IMG/VR virus record: IMGVR_UViG_3300021077_000115
Coordinates: 302,064-366,063 of that record
From: a virus
Strand: one strand, 5' to 3'
DNA: 64,000 nt
Part shown: positions 31,971-43,103 of the stretch, piece by piece
Position numbering within the stretch: position 1 is the first letter of the stretch
Layout of the letters: every line of letters begins with the position of its first letter
Notes under the pieces: model-generated
Seen by the model: the letters and a program-made list of their open reading frames with translations, nothing else
What the model was told of the DNA's origin: nothing
The model's database searches: none
Position numbers and translations under genes: made by a program

Positions 31971-32166
31971 TCGCCTTTGGTTGCTTTCGATTATTCAAAC
32001 CAACAGAGAATATGACCTCTTGACCTTTCTTCAAAGTCTTGAAACCTTCGGTGATAATGTCAGACCAATGTATAAATAAATCGGCTTCATCTACTCTGGA
32101 GATAAATCCGTAACCAAGCTTGGCATCAAACCAAACAACCTTTCCAACATACTTTTCTTCTTGCAT
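31888..32166 (-). CDS. csp: Cold-shock domain protein of the CspA family (92 aa).
   Basis: GKVVWFDAKLGYGFISR matches the RNP1-containing CSD signature (GxVKWFNxxKGFGFI), and the size is 92 aa. Confidence 0.8.
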   Translation of the reverse strand: MQEEKYVGKVVWFDAKLGYGFISRVDEADLFIHWSDIITEGFKTLKKGQEVIFSVGLNNRKQPKAIEVSVVSEADSTTVCDCAIVSEDKVEK

Positions 32167-32210
32167 AATCTTCCTCTTAGCAGGTATAACCTGCGGCTTT
32201 CAGAATTATG

Positions 32211-32594
32211 CTAATATATTGCCTTCTTTTTGAGACCAATCTTAATTTCCAAAATCTCTCGCATTAGCAGACATGCAGCAAATTCTGCCAAATCACTATA
32301 ATGTTTCTCAAGAAAAGCCGTATCGTCCCATGCGAAATTGGTAAAGGGCAGAATAGAATTGAATCTAGAAAGTGCTTGATTGGCAAATTCCACCAATTGG
32401 TCTGTTGTATACACGTCATATTCACGATGACATGTATCTAGTCTCAATTTAATCAGCTTCAGAACAATATTGATATTGTTAATGGCTACTTGACTATAAT
32501 CATCAATCATATTAATCCACCCGAACCATTCCCTTATGTTGATCAATGGCTTCTTGATATCCGGTATCTGGTGGCAAAACACCAACGCCATCAA
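32211..32594 (-). CDS. Truncated paralogue of the central region of 26036..26947. The true start is probably the ATG at 32510 (MIDDYSQ...).
   Basis: Homology as described for 26036..26947. The sequence TAAtATG at 32508-32514 couples the internal ATG to the upstream stop. Confidence 0.45.
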   Translation of the reverse strand: MMALVFCHQIPDIKKPLINIREWFGWINMIDDYSQVAINNINIVLKLIKLRLDTCHREYDVYTTDQLVEFANQALSRFNSILPFTNFAWDDTAFLEKHYSDLAEFAACLLMREILEIKIGLKKKAIY

Positions 32595-32805
32595 CTACCA
32601 AACCACCTACACAACCAATGGTCTTATGAATTTCTGCTATTCCCAGGGCAGCGATTTGATGACGCTCAAGATCAGACTTCGCTCCCTTAGCTGCATTCTG
32701 AAACTTCTCAAGAAGCTTCCTTACTTTATCTTCGCAGCCTTGCTGACGCGCCAACTGCAAAATGATTCTGATAGTCTCTCGCTCTGATTGAATTCTTCTT
32801 GTCAT
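32512..32805 (-). CDS. Hypothetical small protein (97 aa).
   Basis: ORF coupled to the HNH stop by ATGA. Confidence 0.4.
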   Translation of the reverse strand: MTRRIQSERETIRIILQLARQQGCEDKVRKLLEKFQNAAKGAKSDLERHQIAALGIAEIHKTIGCVGGLVVDGVGVLPPDTGYQEAIDQHKGMVRVD

Positions 32806-33260
32806 AAAAATACCTTCATTGATTCAGCTTTGGATTTGAAAGGAGGGTTGGCCAAACCAGGGATATTGCTTTTACCATTCTCTTCATATACCAATGTACG
32901 TTTATATGGCAATTTAGTAGATGGAAAAATTCCAATGATCTTGATCTGCGGAGGGGCTGCGTGAATTAGATTATGACAATTACTACAGATGATTGCGATA
33001 TTCATCTCGTGATTGCTAGTATCCGGGTCCGTCCGCTCTACAATATGATGCTTGTGAAGAACAGCTGTATTATTCTCTTCACATATCTCACATACACTAG
33101 GAACCAGCCTTACTTTCTTACGCCTTCCCATATTATGTGAATATATCAGGCTTTGGACAATATTTAACGATGGCCTGAGCTGCAACTCTAGCCTCTCTAT
33201 CTCCGTAATCTCCCCATTGGGAAATTCGAATATTGTCCTGAGAACTTCCACCATAACCAA
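32802..33260 (-). CDS. Compact HNH endonuclease. The true start is probably the ATG at about 33131 (MGRRKKVRL...), giving about 109 aa.
   Basis: Contains CEICEENNTAVLHKHHIVERTD...NHEMNIAIICSNCHNLIH, i.e. a CxxC...HH...N...CxxC HNH core. The listed start overlaps the cysteine desulfurase gene by 128 nt. Confidence 0.65.
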   Translation of the reverse strand: MVMVEVLRTIFEFPNGEITEIERLELQLRPSLNIVQSLIYSHNMGRRKKVRLVPSVCEICEENNTAVLHKHHIVERTDPDTSNHEMNIAIICSNCHNLIHAAPPQIKIIGIFPSTKLPYKRTLVYEENGKSNIPGLANPPFKSKAESMKVFL

Positions 33261-34221
33261 GCGCCGTCATGATTGGATTCGTATTTGAGTGCAAAGATCC
33301 ACAAGCAGAACCAAGGCCCACAAATATTCCTTCAGCTTCCAATTGAGCCATTACATGTGGACCCATCTTTTTCCCGATGTTCAAGAAAGTAGCATGTGGA
33401 ACTCTAGTTGAATTCTCGCCAATTATTTCAATACCAATTGAACTTACTGCTGATTCAATTATAGAGCGAAATGTCAATGCCCTATGATATCTTGGCTGTA
33501 ATGTCTTGATAGCTTCTTCTAATGCCACAGAAGCGGCTATAATCATTCCAGCATCAGGTGTTCCTGGCCGATCAAAGTAATATCTACTTCCAGTCCCAAA
33601 TTCTCTCCACCATTTATTATCTCTTATATATAAGAAACCAACATTTACAGGACCACCAAATTTATGAGCCCCAAATGCAGCTATCATCAAATTTGGTATA
33701 CTAGAAACATTAACTGGAATCTTACCAAGTGATTGGCTCATATCACAAAAGAATGGAACCTTAATGTTCTCTATATCTTGTATTGTGCCAGTTTCATTCT
33801 GTACATGAATACATATAAAAGCAGACTTTTCAGGAGGTGTAAATGTACAAGCTACAATTCCGTCTTTATTTACAAATAAATCATTGTTACCAAAGAGTTC
33901 TCTAGCTTTTATTGCCACTGATTTATGTTCGATTGTAGAACAGTATACATTCTTGAAATTCTGTTCGCGTAGAAGTTCCAGGCCCCATTCGCAGGCTTGA
34001 GTGCAGGACGAAGTAAATATGATTTGATTGGGATTTTCTGCGCCGATCAATTTGGCAATTTTGGTTCTAGCTGCCTCAATTTCAGAAGCTGCTTGCCGTC
34101 CTGGCATTGAAATTGACATAGCATGGCCATGTCCCCCAATGGACTTATTGAAGTTTATGTATGCTTCAAGAGCTTTTGGATGAAGTGGAATATGAGCATT
34201 CGAGTCAAGAAATAATTGCAT
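33133..34221 (-). CDS. PLP-dependent cysteine desulfurase of the class-V aminotransferase family (NifS/IscS/DndA-like).
   Basis: AAFGAHKFGGPVNVGF carries the PLP-lysine HK motif. GLGSACGS resembles the SxxxS/active-Cys loop. Length is about 360 aa and the N-terminus is class-V aminotransferase-like. Confidence 0.75.
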   Translation of the reverse strand: MQLFLDSNAHIPLHPKALEAYINFNKSIGGHGHAMSISMPGRQAASEIEAARTKIAKLIGAENPNQIIFTSSCTQACEWGLELLREQNFKNVYCSTIEHKSVAIKARELFGNNDLFVNKDGIVACTFTPPEKSAFICIHVQNETGTIQDIENIKVPFFCDMSQSLGKIPVNVSSIPNLMIAAFGAHKFGGPVNVGFLYIRDNKWWREFGTGSRYYFDRPGTPDAGMIIAASVALEEAIKTLQPRYHRALTFRSIIESAVSSIGIEIIGENSTRVPHATFLNIGKKMGPHVMAQLEAEGIFVGLGSACGSLHSNTNPIMTALGYGGSSQDNIRISQWGDYGDREARVAAQAIVKYCPKPDIFT

Positions 34222-34241
34222 TAATAGTCTATATATCCCGA

Positions 34242-34754
34242 TTATACGGTGACTTCTTGAATCATTATGCTGGCATGTTCATTAACGGTAGCAACTGGAC
34301 GACATTGAGCTGTATTGGTTGCCGTTCTCCATTGAAGAAGAATGGTATGCGCTCCTGCAGCTAATCCTGTTTTCCTATATACAATAGAAGCCACATTTGG
34401 TTGATTTGCTGCCGATGGACGAAGACCCGCTCCACGAACAGCAGCAGCATCAATATTAAGTTGTATATCCATATTTATATTAGGATTTGTATTACTAATA
34501 CTTGCAGAAACTTCAATAAGTAAAACAGATCCTGCCGAAATAGTAATGGATTGAGTAAGTAACGTAACAAAAGCAGCTGAGCCTGTTGTTGTATTTGTGG
34601 CTTGTTCAGTAAATGTGCTTTGAAGTAATGTAGCTAATTGGATGGGAGTTTTAAATTCCCAACCGTCATTGGTAGCATTGCGTTTTAATATAGCATTAGC
34701 CACCCCTGCAGGTACGACCTCTGTATTAGTACAATAAAGAGCATGATCTGACAT
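34242..34754 (-). CDS. Short fibre-like protein (170 aa) sharing an N-terminal domain with 34809..36437.
   Basis: VPAGVANAILKRNATNDGWEFKTP aligns with FPVNVGRGILRRNTTNDGWEQKSP. Confidence 0.5.
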   Translation of the reverse strand: MSDHALYCTNTEVVPAGVANAILKRNATNDGWEFKTPIQLATLLQSTFTEQATNTTTGSAAFVTLLTQSITISAGSVLLIEVSASISNTNPNINMDIQLNIDAAAVRGAGLRPSAANQPNVASIVYRKTGLAAGAHTILLQWRTATNTAQCRPVATVNEHASIMIQEVTV

Positions 34755-34808
34755 AATTTACCTTGTAAAGTTTAATTTATTGCTGAAGATTAATTTTTCT
34801 CGACTATA

Positions 34809-36437
34809 TTATGGAGCAATAACTACACTTCCTTGGGCTCTCCAAGCAATCGTAGTACCTACCACACCGGTAACGTTGATATTGACTGCCGTGCCAGTGA
34901 TGGTGAATGTTGCATCTACTGTAAAACCAGTATCAGCCACAGTAGCTTCTACTTTAGTTGTTCCAACCTGAGTTACAGTTCCACCAGCTCTTCGGAAACC
35001 ACCGAAAAGTTTGAATGATCCAGAAGCAGTACCATCTGATTTTCTAGCAGTAATCAAGACACTCAAAGTAACCGCATGCAAATCTGAGGGGGTATAAGCA
35101 GTTATATCAAATGGAGTAGCATTCGTGGTTGTGGTAGTTACATTAAATGTATCTCCGGCGATATTATCCAACTTGGCTTTATCGGTAGAGATCATGAATC
35201 CATTAACACTCTGCGTAACCGCTGCGTGAATGGTTCCACCACCTCTGGTGCCGTGTTGAGCATCAGTAGCTAGAATGCCAACCTGAATGTCATCTGGATT
35301 GATGATAATAGATCCATCGGCATTAGCCACGGCATTGAGGGTGATATTACCACTTAGGGTACCACCACCAGTGAGACCTGACCCGGCTCCAACTGTTGTA
35401 GTTGTTGGTACGGCACTAGCTGGCAAACCTGAAAGCTTTGTGAACTCAGCTGATGACATAAATCCGTTATTGGATCCATCGGCTAGATTGTGAGCCAAAC
35501 CACCTTGGCTTCCAGCCGGTTGTTGCCCATGGCTATGAACATGAGCTGCGTCTGAGAATCTTCCTGTTGTCCCTGCCGCATCAGTAGTTCCTACATCTTG
35601 AACATCAGAAAGCAAACCAGGAACAACACCACTAGCTGCCGCCGTTGATGAAACTTTCCCCAAACCAAAAGCTATTGGAACTGTAGCTAAAGTACCTACA
35701 ATTGCTACATATAATGAAACATTTGTTAGAGATGTTGTTGGAGTAAACGAAACAGGAAATCCATCTGATGTTCTTCTGTAATAGAACCACAATCTCCATT
35801 TTAGATTAGCTCCAAGATCAGATCTATAGCTAAGAACTCCATAAACTTCCTGAGCATCCTGTCCAACAGGTATCGGACTAAGTACATCTGAGACCTGAGC
35901 TAAAGTACCATCAGATGTAGCAACTTGAACTGTAACACCATGCTGACCTGGAAAATCAGTTGGATTGTAAGGTTGGGTTATGGCTGGAGTAGATCCAAGT
36001 CCACCTTGTCCAGTTCCGGTTCCTGTTTCAGCTGCAGCACTAGCAAAAGAAGGCGCAACGACCCCAAGAATACCTGAACCAGCAATTGATCCGCCCGGAG
36101 ATTGACCAACAAATAGAGCGTCTGCAAGTGATAGTGGTTCACTAGTTCCAGTGGTTTGAGTTTCAGTGATTAGTGTGTAAGCCGCACGAAGTACCGAACT
36201 AACACCAACACTATCGGCATAAGAAGTAGTGGCCGCATCAGATGATCCTGGGCTTGGCGAAGCAACATTAACAATCTTCTGGCCATTAATATCAATGCTT
36301 GAAGCAGCATCATTAAGAATGGTTTCTGGAGACTTCTGTTCCCAGCCATCATTGGTAGTATTGCGCCTTAAAATTCCACGTCCGACATTGACTGGAAATT
36401 CCTCTTTACCTGGACCATATTGTGCAAAACTAGACAT
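34809..36437 (-). CDS. Tail fibre protein (542 aa), Gly/Thr/Ala/Ser-rich.
   Basis: Shares the N-terminal domain described above. Composition is beta-rich and low-complexity. Confidence 0.55.
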   Translation of the reverse strand: MSSFAQYGPGKEEFPVNVGRGILRRNTTNDGWEQKSPETILNDAASSIDINGQKIVNVASPSPGSSDAATTSYADSVGVSSVLRAAYTLITETQTTGTSEPLSLADALFVGQSPGGSIAGSGILGVVAPSFASAAAETGTGTGQGGLGSTPAITQPYNPTDFPGQHGVTVQVATSDGTLAQVSDVLSPIPVGQDAQEVYGVLSYRSDLGANLKWRLWFYYRRTSDGFPVSFTPTTSLTNVSLYVAIVGTLATVPIAFGLGKVSSTAAASGVVPGLLSDVQDVGTTDAAGTTGRFSDAAHVHSHGQQPAGSQGGLAHNLADGSNNGFMSSAEFTKLSGLPASAVPTTTTVGAGSGLTGGGTLSGNITLNAVANADGSIIINPDDIQVGILATDAQHGTRGGGTIHAAVTQSVNGFMISTDKAKLDNIAGDTFNVTTTTTNATPFDITAYTPSDLHAVTLSVLITARKSDGTASGSFKLFGGFRRAGGTVTQVGTTKVEATVADTGFTVDATFTITGTAVNINVTGVVGTTIAWRAQGSVVIAP

Positions 36438-36448
36438 TTGATACTCCT

Positions 36449-38400
<1,952 letters not shown>

Positions 38401-38790
38401 TTACGTTCCTATATGCCAAATATGAACGTCTACAGTACCAATACCAGCAAAATATATCTCATTCTCTCCTCTTGGTCCAAAGTCAAGAGTTTGCCCAGAG
38501 CTAATACGCCCATGGATATTGTAACCAGAGAAAGAATATATTACGTCTGTTCCGCTAACACCAACCAACATTATTCTACGAGCCCCGCGAAAAGCTGTAC
38601 GAACTTGAGGTGTTATTGGGAAAAGCGGATAGTAACCGTCATAGCCATCATAAGGTGTTCCTATCGGCGCAACATATCCATCACCCCATGTACCACTTGT
38701 TACAGATGTGTTTGTACTTACGACCTTAAAAAAATTGTAATCCTTTCCTGTATTAACTGGCTTGCCCATTATAACCTCAAATACATACAA
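38401..38790 (-). CDS. Small DGY-rich fibre-associated protein. The probable true start is the ATG at 38769, preceded by GAGGT.
   Basis: Contains GDGYVAPIGTPYDGYDGYYPL. The SD reads tttGAGGTtataATG. Confidence 0.45.
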   Translation of the reverse strand: MYVFEVIMGKPVNTGKDYNFFKVVSTNTSVTSGTWGDGYVAPIGTPYDGYDGYYPLFPITPQVRTAFRGARRIMLVGVSGTDVIYSFSGYNIHGRISSGQTLDFGPRGENEIYFAGIGTVDVHIWHIGT

Positions 38791-38851
38791 AAATATACCA
38801 TTGAGCCTTCTAAAACTTAAATATCAAGCTAGAACATCCATATCTATTATA

Positions 38852-39685
38852 TCATGGCAAGCTCTGCCAAATTATATAGACAGTTACAGCTCCAGTTGTC
38901 GGAGAATTAGTTTCTGTTACATTTGCGAATATCGCCTGAGATGCTGGGTATATCGCTTCAAATCCAGTTGACTGAGACATATCACTGCCTAATGATGTTA
39001 GCGCAAATCCGCCAACAATAGATCCTACCGCTACAGATGGTATTATTGTTTGAGAAACAACTATTTGCTGCCCACCAGAAGTGGAGCCTATACTAATCGC
39101 TGAGCTAGGACTACCGCCACCAGTAATTGCTGTCTTCACTCTCAAATCAATTGATATCAATTTCCATCGACCGGAACCAGATGGACTAGAAGTCCTAGTA
39201 TCAATAAGAGTATTGGCAGTAGTTGTAAGATCAATATCAAAAGAAACAGCTATATATGGAGATGGAGCCGCTTGACCAAGACGAGTATCTATTCTTGCAA
39301 TATGTTCGCCAATATATCCGTCTATCGGAGGTGCATAGTTAACTGGTAAATATGATAGCTCTATAAAGTATCCATCAACAGGATCACTTCCACCAGCCTC
39401 ATGGGTGCTTGCGTGTGTTGCTGGTGTTCTTGAATTTACATAACCTATCGTCGCATAACCATCGATAGCTAAAAGAATTTCATTATCCACAGCCTCTACC
39501 ATTTCCAGGGCGGCTGAATACCCATCCAATACAGCTCCTAGGCCATCAAGTTTAACCTTATCTGCGGCTGACATTTCTCCATTAGCTAATTGAGAAGAAA
39601 GAAGACTTGGATCTTTGTAATTTATTGTACCCATAAAACCCCTCGCACATGCTGGCGTAGCCGCTGGTTTATCAACAACATACAA
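38852..39685 (-). CDS. Tail fibre protein (277 aa) carrying the same conserved module as the collagen-like fibre.
   Basis: HEAGGSDPVDGYFIELSYLPVNYAPPIDGYIGEHIARIDTRLG aligns with [43 protein letters not shown]. The listed start is TTG. Confidence 0.55.
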   Translation of the reverse strand: MYVVDKPAATPACARGFMGTINYKDPSLLSSQLANGEMSAADKVKLDGLGAVLDGYSAALEMVEAVDNEILLAIDGYATIGYVNSRTPATHASTHEAGGSDPVDGYFIELSYLPVNYAPPIDGYIGEHIARIDTRLGQAAPSPYIAVSFDIDLTTTANTLIDTRTSSPSGSGRWKLISIDLRVKTAITGGGSPSSAISIGSTSGGQQIVVSQTIIPSVAVGSIVGGFALTSLGSDMSQSTGFEAIYPASQAIFANVTETNSPTTGAVTVYIIWQSLP

Positions 39686-39705
39686 AAATATCCGTTGCGC
39701 TTCAT

Positions 39706-41873
39706 TTATTGAGCATAGATGCTGTATACATCATTATTTCCTGATTCAGCCACAAGCGATACAGCATTGAGTCCAGTAAGTGATAGGTTTGAAATTACGA
39801 AGGAAGCTCCATTGCCTGTATATGACAAGGTGTTATCAGCTGTAGCCATCCAGATTGTGGCTACATTTGTGGCCATATCTGGTGCAAGCATGACACAATC
39901 TACAGAACCATCAGCATTAACCGTTGCATAGCCTGAAGCCCCACCAACAACTGTACCTAAGGCACCGGTGATCAGGTTGAAGTTGGCAAATCCAGAGCCT
40001 CCACCTACTGCTAAAGCCACCCAATTTCTACCGGTTGGCTTGATACGCACTCGGAAGACAACTGGTCCTCTCACATAACCTGGTATTGTACCAACCACAG
40101 TAGATATATCATGACCGCCAGTGCTATTATCCTCTACCAGTGTTGTGTTGTTCCAAGAAGCGACTCCTGCATCAATAAGGAATGAAAGAGTGCCTGTCAC
40201 AGCCATTGTGCTTGCTACAAGCGAATAGCTTGGTATTCCATGAGCCGAGCCACCAGGAGCCGTTCTCGCCAAAGATACAGAGCTATTAGGGGTAGTCCAA
40301 GGCGCTGGAAAGAATACTGGCGTTGTTCCGTTTAGCGTGACCGAACCACTATTAGTGTAGCGGAACTGTGTTCCCGCCGGATTTGGTGGCGTTACTAAAT
40401 TAACTTTACCGTATGTAACAATATTTCCTGAACCTATAGAGTTAATATTTTCAGGCACAGCTAACTGTCCTCTAACGTTTCTGATGTCTAAACTGTGGCC
40501 CGACACTCCAGTAGTAACCAAGGTAGTTGAACTATCCACAATTAATGCATCGACAATATTATCTTTGCTGATACAAGCATCACCATAGATGATACCTGCT
40601 GAGATTCCGGACACAAGCAACTTCCCAAAGTGGTTTCTGTTGCACCCAAGAGTTCCATTTGCACCCAAGACTACGAGCGCTGTAACTAGACCTGGAGTTT
40701 GTGCACTCGCATTCAAGTCTGAGATATCATTATCACAGAAATCAGAGCCAGTCCAAAACACGCCTGCAGTACCAATTACATTGACAGCCTTGAGTCCGCG
40801 AATCGTATTTCGATGGCACCCACACTCATCTGCTGGGATATCAATATTGATCGAAGTTGCGATAAATGGTCCACAGCAGTTCTCACCAGTGGCCCCATCA
40901 ATAGTTGAATCTCAAGTAGTATTTAACCATACCGTGTATCCAATATTCTCACTCTTGACATTGCGAACAACAGCACCACGTTGCCCTTCGATAGCAAACC
41001 CAGAACGATTCGAATCAGTGCCATCCAACCCTATCGTAATAACATTATCAACCAAGTTATCTCTACCACTAATATCAAAGCCAACTAGTGAGGTACTGGA
41101 TGTTCCTGCTGTTTGCTGGATAATTCCAGGACCAATTACTGAGCATCTCCAAACAGAGATCAACTCAATGAATCGATTGTCCGCATAGGAACCATCAAAA
41201 GCACATAAAATTTTGGCATTATTCAACTTTACATTGAAATTGATTACTGGTGAATATTTATAAATGTTACTTGCAGGTATGGAGAACAATACAGGGGCAT
41301 CCAAATTGACAGTTGTGCCAACAACCGATATTGCCTGAAACGAGACCCGTGCACCTTTGTTCGTACTGATCCAAAAATAATCTCCAGCTACCAATGGTGT
41401 ACCAGACCATGTAACTGTGAGACTATTAACTCTAGCCGCAGTAGCTCCAATAGATCCTATTGTGGCGGGAGTTCCTGGGTTGGCTACAATCGGGCAAGTT
41501 CCAAGACCAAAAGTAGTAGTTGTAATTATCGTATTTCCATTAAGATCTAGCGTAATATTAGAACGATATTTCCATTAAGATCTAGCGTAATATTAGAACG
41601 AGCAGCGATAATGGTGTGATTACAAATATAAGGAAGTGTAGATTTTCTCAACTTTACGGTAGATCCATAAGGTGCCGCTTGTACAATTGTATTGATTGCA
41701 GACCAGTCATCTGTTGTCGAACCATCAATTGGAGGCCCAGCCCAAACGATTACGGAATCATTTCTAGAAACATAACCATCTGATATGTTATTAAGCTTGA
41801 TGCTATCTTCCGCTTGAAAGAAACCAAAAGATTCTTCCTTCACATGTCCCGGGAATTTCTGGAATTTAGACAA
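39706..41873 (-). pseudogene. Disrupted tailspike or tail-fibre gene (about 710 codons if repaired) with an N-terminal anchor domain and a beta-helix-like body. It is broken by a 35-bp tandem duplication (frameshift) and an in-frame TGA.
   Basis: Three co-directional ORFs span it: 41547..41873, 40912..41394 and 39706..40761. The first two differ in frame by +2, which equals 35 mod 3. The last two are in the same frame and are separated only by TGA at 40912-40914. The N-terminus matches the 1167-aa fibre. Confidence 0.55.
41532..41601 (-). repeat. Exact 35-bp tandem duplication (2 copies) inside the tailspike gene, causing a +2 frameshift.
   Basis: TATTTCCATTAAGATCTAGCGTAATATTAGAACGA occurs at 41532-41566 and again at 41567-41601. 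Confidence 0.9.
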
Positions 41874-41943
41874 GTTAACCTCAAATATTTAGCTCCATAT
41901 ATTTACTTACAACAATGATATGCAAAAATATTCGTTGCATAAA

Positions 41944-41975
41944 CAAAAAGCCCCGGTTTGCACCGAGGCTCTCTG
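41944..41975 (-). terminator. Rho-independent terminator immediately downstream of the putative major capsid gene.
   Basis: On the minus strand: GCCTCGG-tgcaaa-CCGGGGC followed by TTTTTGTTT. One G.U wobble, extendable to about 10 bp. Confidence 0.6.
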
Positions 41976-42002
41976 TATTCATTTTGAACTAACTAGCTAG
42001 CA

Positions 42003-43049
42003 TTATCCGACGATTGTTGACTTGCGAGAAGCAGCAACGGCGCGTGGGTTCACGATACCGATACCAATCTCTTCCGACACAACCCATCCTAGTTTTAACT
42101 GTTTTGGTTCATCAGCTGGGATAACTTCGATGTCCTGACGGATTGGAAGCACACCAACGAACTCTGGGTCAGAGGCACCGTAGACTGTTCCTGGTGGAAC
42201 GATCTTCGAAACCATAATGTCAGCGCCCCAGATGTGAGCATACAGACCTGTCTGAAGAATCTCACGCTGCGTAACTGGATCAATTTCACCAGCCGAGGTT
42301 CCGGAAGATGCCCAGTTAAGGATGTCCGTAAACTCATTGATGTTCATGAAGTACTTCGTTGTTACAAGGTCCCAACGATCAATCTGAACCTTGATCTCAA
42401 CCAAGTCTCTCTTCAACAGACCGCTGTCTGTGATGTCCTGCAACGTGTTTTCAACACTCGATGCTGCGTCGATAGCCGCAAAGATGTTTGCATCTTCTTG
42501 AGCCATCAATTCTTGACGGGCCTTTTGAACGGCACGGTCAATAACGTTGAATCGACGACGACGAACCTCAGAGATACGAACTGTTGGGTTCGAATAAAGC
42601 TCGAACGTTGGCACAACGATACGATCACCGAACACACGAGACTCACCACCGGTACCATTGCTGGAAATGACGGTAGCTGCTACGTCAATATCACGCTCAT
42701 ACTTCGGGTCAACGCCTTGTGGAAGAGGATCAACCACCAACAGACGACGGGCAATTCCCTGATAATCCAAGTTACGACGAATTGGGTTCGCCATAGCCTG
42801 AGCAAGAGCAAGCTTTCCTTCCTGTGTCATAATCGCACGAGCAATAAGCTCATCGCGCTTTTCGTCATTCAAACCTGGTTGGCCCGAAAGAGCCATATTT
42901 GAAGGCTGGCCCTCTTCGAGGATCGCAGCGTACTTAACTAGCGTATTCAATGCATCCTTTACGGATGTGGCATTCATACCACCACGGGTATCAAATAAAG
43001 ACATATATAATCTCCTAATGTTTGTTTGTAAGCTGCCAAAATCCATCAA
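42003..43049 (-). CDS. Putative major capsid protein (348 aa). The track start is TTG at 43049 and ATG is the second codon (43046..43044).
   Basis: A GC-rich hairpin lies upstream and a strong intrinsic terminator downstream, consistent with a highly expressed gene. Size and composition fit a small HK97-fold coat protein, and it follows a decoration-like gene (lambda-like D/E order). No diagnostic motif was recognised. Confidence 0.45.
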   Translation of the reverse strand: MMDFGSLQTNIRRLYMSLFDTRGGMNATSVKDALNTLVKYAAILEEGQPSNMALSGQPGLNDEKRDELIARAIMTQEGKLALAQAMANPIRRNLDYQGIARRLLVVDPLPQGVDPKYERDIDVAATVISSNGTGGESRVFGDRIVVPTFELYSNPTVRISEVRRRRFNVIDRAVQKARQELMAQEDANIFAAIDAASSVENTLQDITDSGLLKRDLVEIKVQIDRWDLVTTKYFMNINEFTDILNWASSGTSAGEIDPVTQREILQTGLYAHIWGADIMVSKIVPPGTVYGASDPEFVGVLPIRQDIEVIPADEPKQLKLGWVVSEEIGIGIVNPRAVAASRKSTIVG

Positions 43050-43063
43050 CAGCTAGCGGAAGA

Positions 43064-43084
43064 GGAGGGGAATTCCACCCCTCC
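43064..43084 (-). promoter_or_regulatory. Perfect 7-bp stem-loop, 14 nt upstream of the putative capsid gene start.
   Basis: GGAGGGG-(7 nt)-CCCCTCC. The 5' arm is SD-like. There is no canonical SD adjacent to the start codon. Confidence 0.4.
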
Positions 43085-43103
43085 AAATCCATATATCGAT
43101 CAA

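Noticed and set aside
39601-39690. My manual translation around 39650-39665 gave an apparent one-nucleotide frame inconsistency with the supplied ORF-track protein for 38852..39685.
   Set aside because: This is most likely my own transcription error in reading the text, so no frameshift is claimed there. The ORF-track coordinates are retained.
42234-42902. Plus-strand ORFs of 60-230 aa, for example 42234..42902, 16509..17117, 40589..41188 and 54505..55197.
   Set aside because: All lie antisense inside long, well-supported minus-strand genes. They lack SDs and have low-complexity or mirror-image composition, so they are spurious. The R/K-rich minus-strand ORF 54968..55222 is likewise an alternate frame of the K/E-rich gene.
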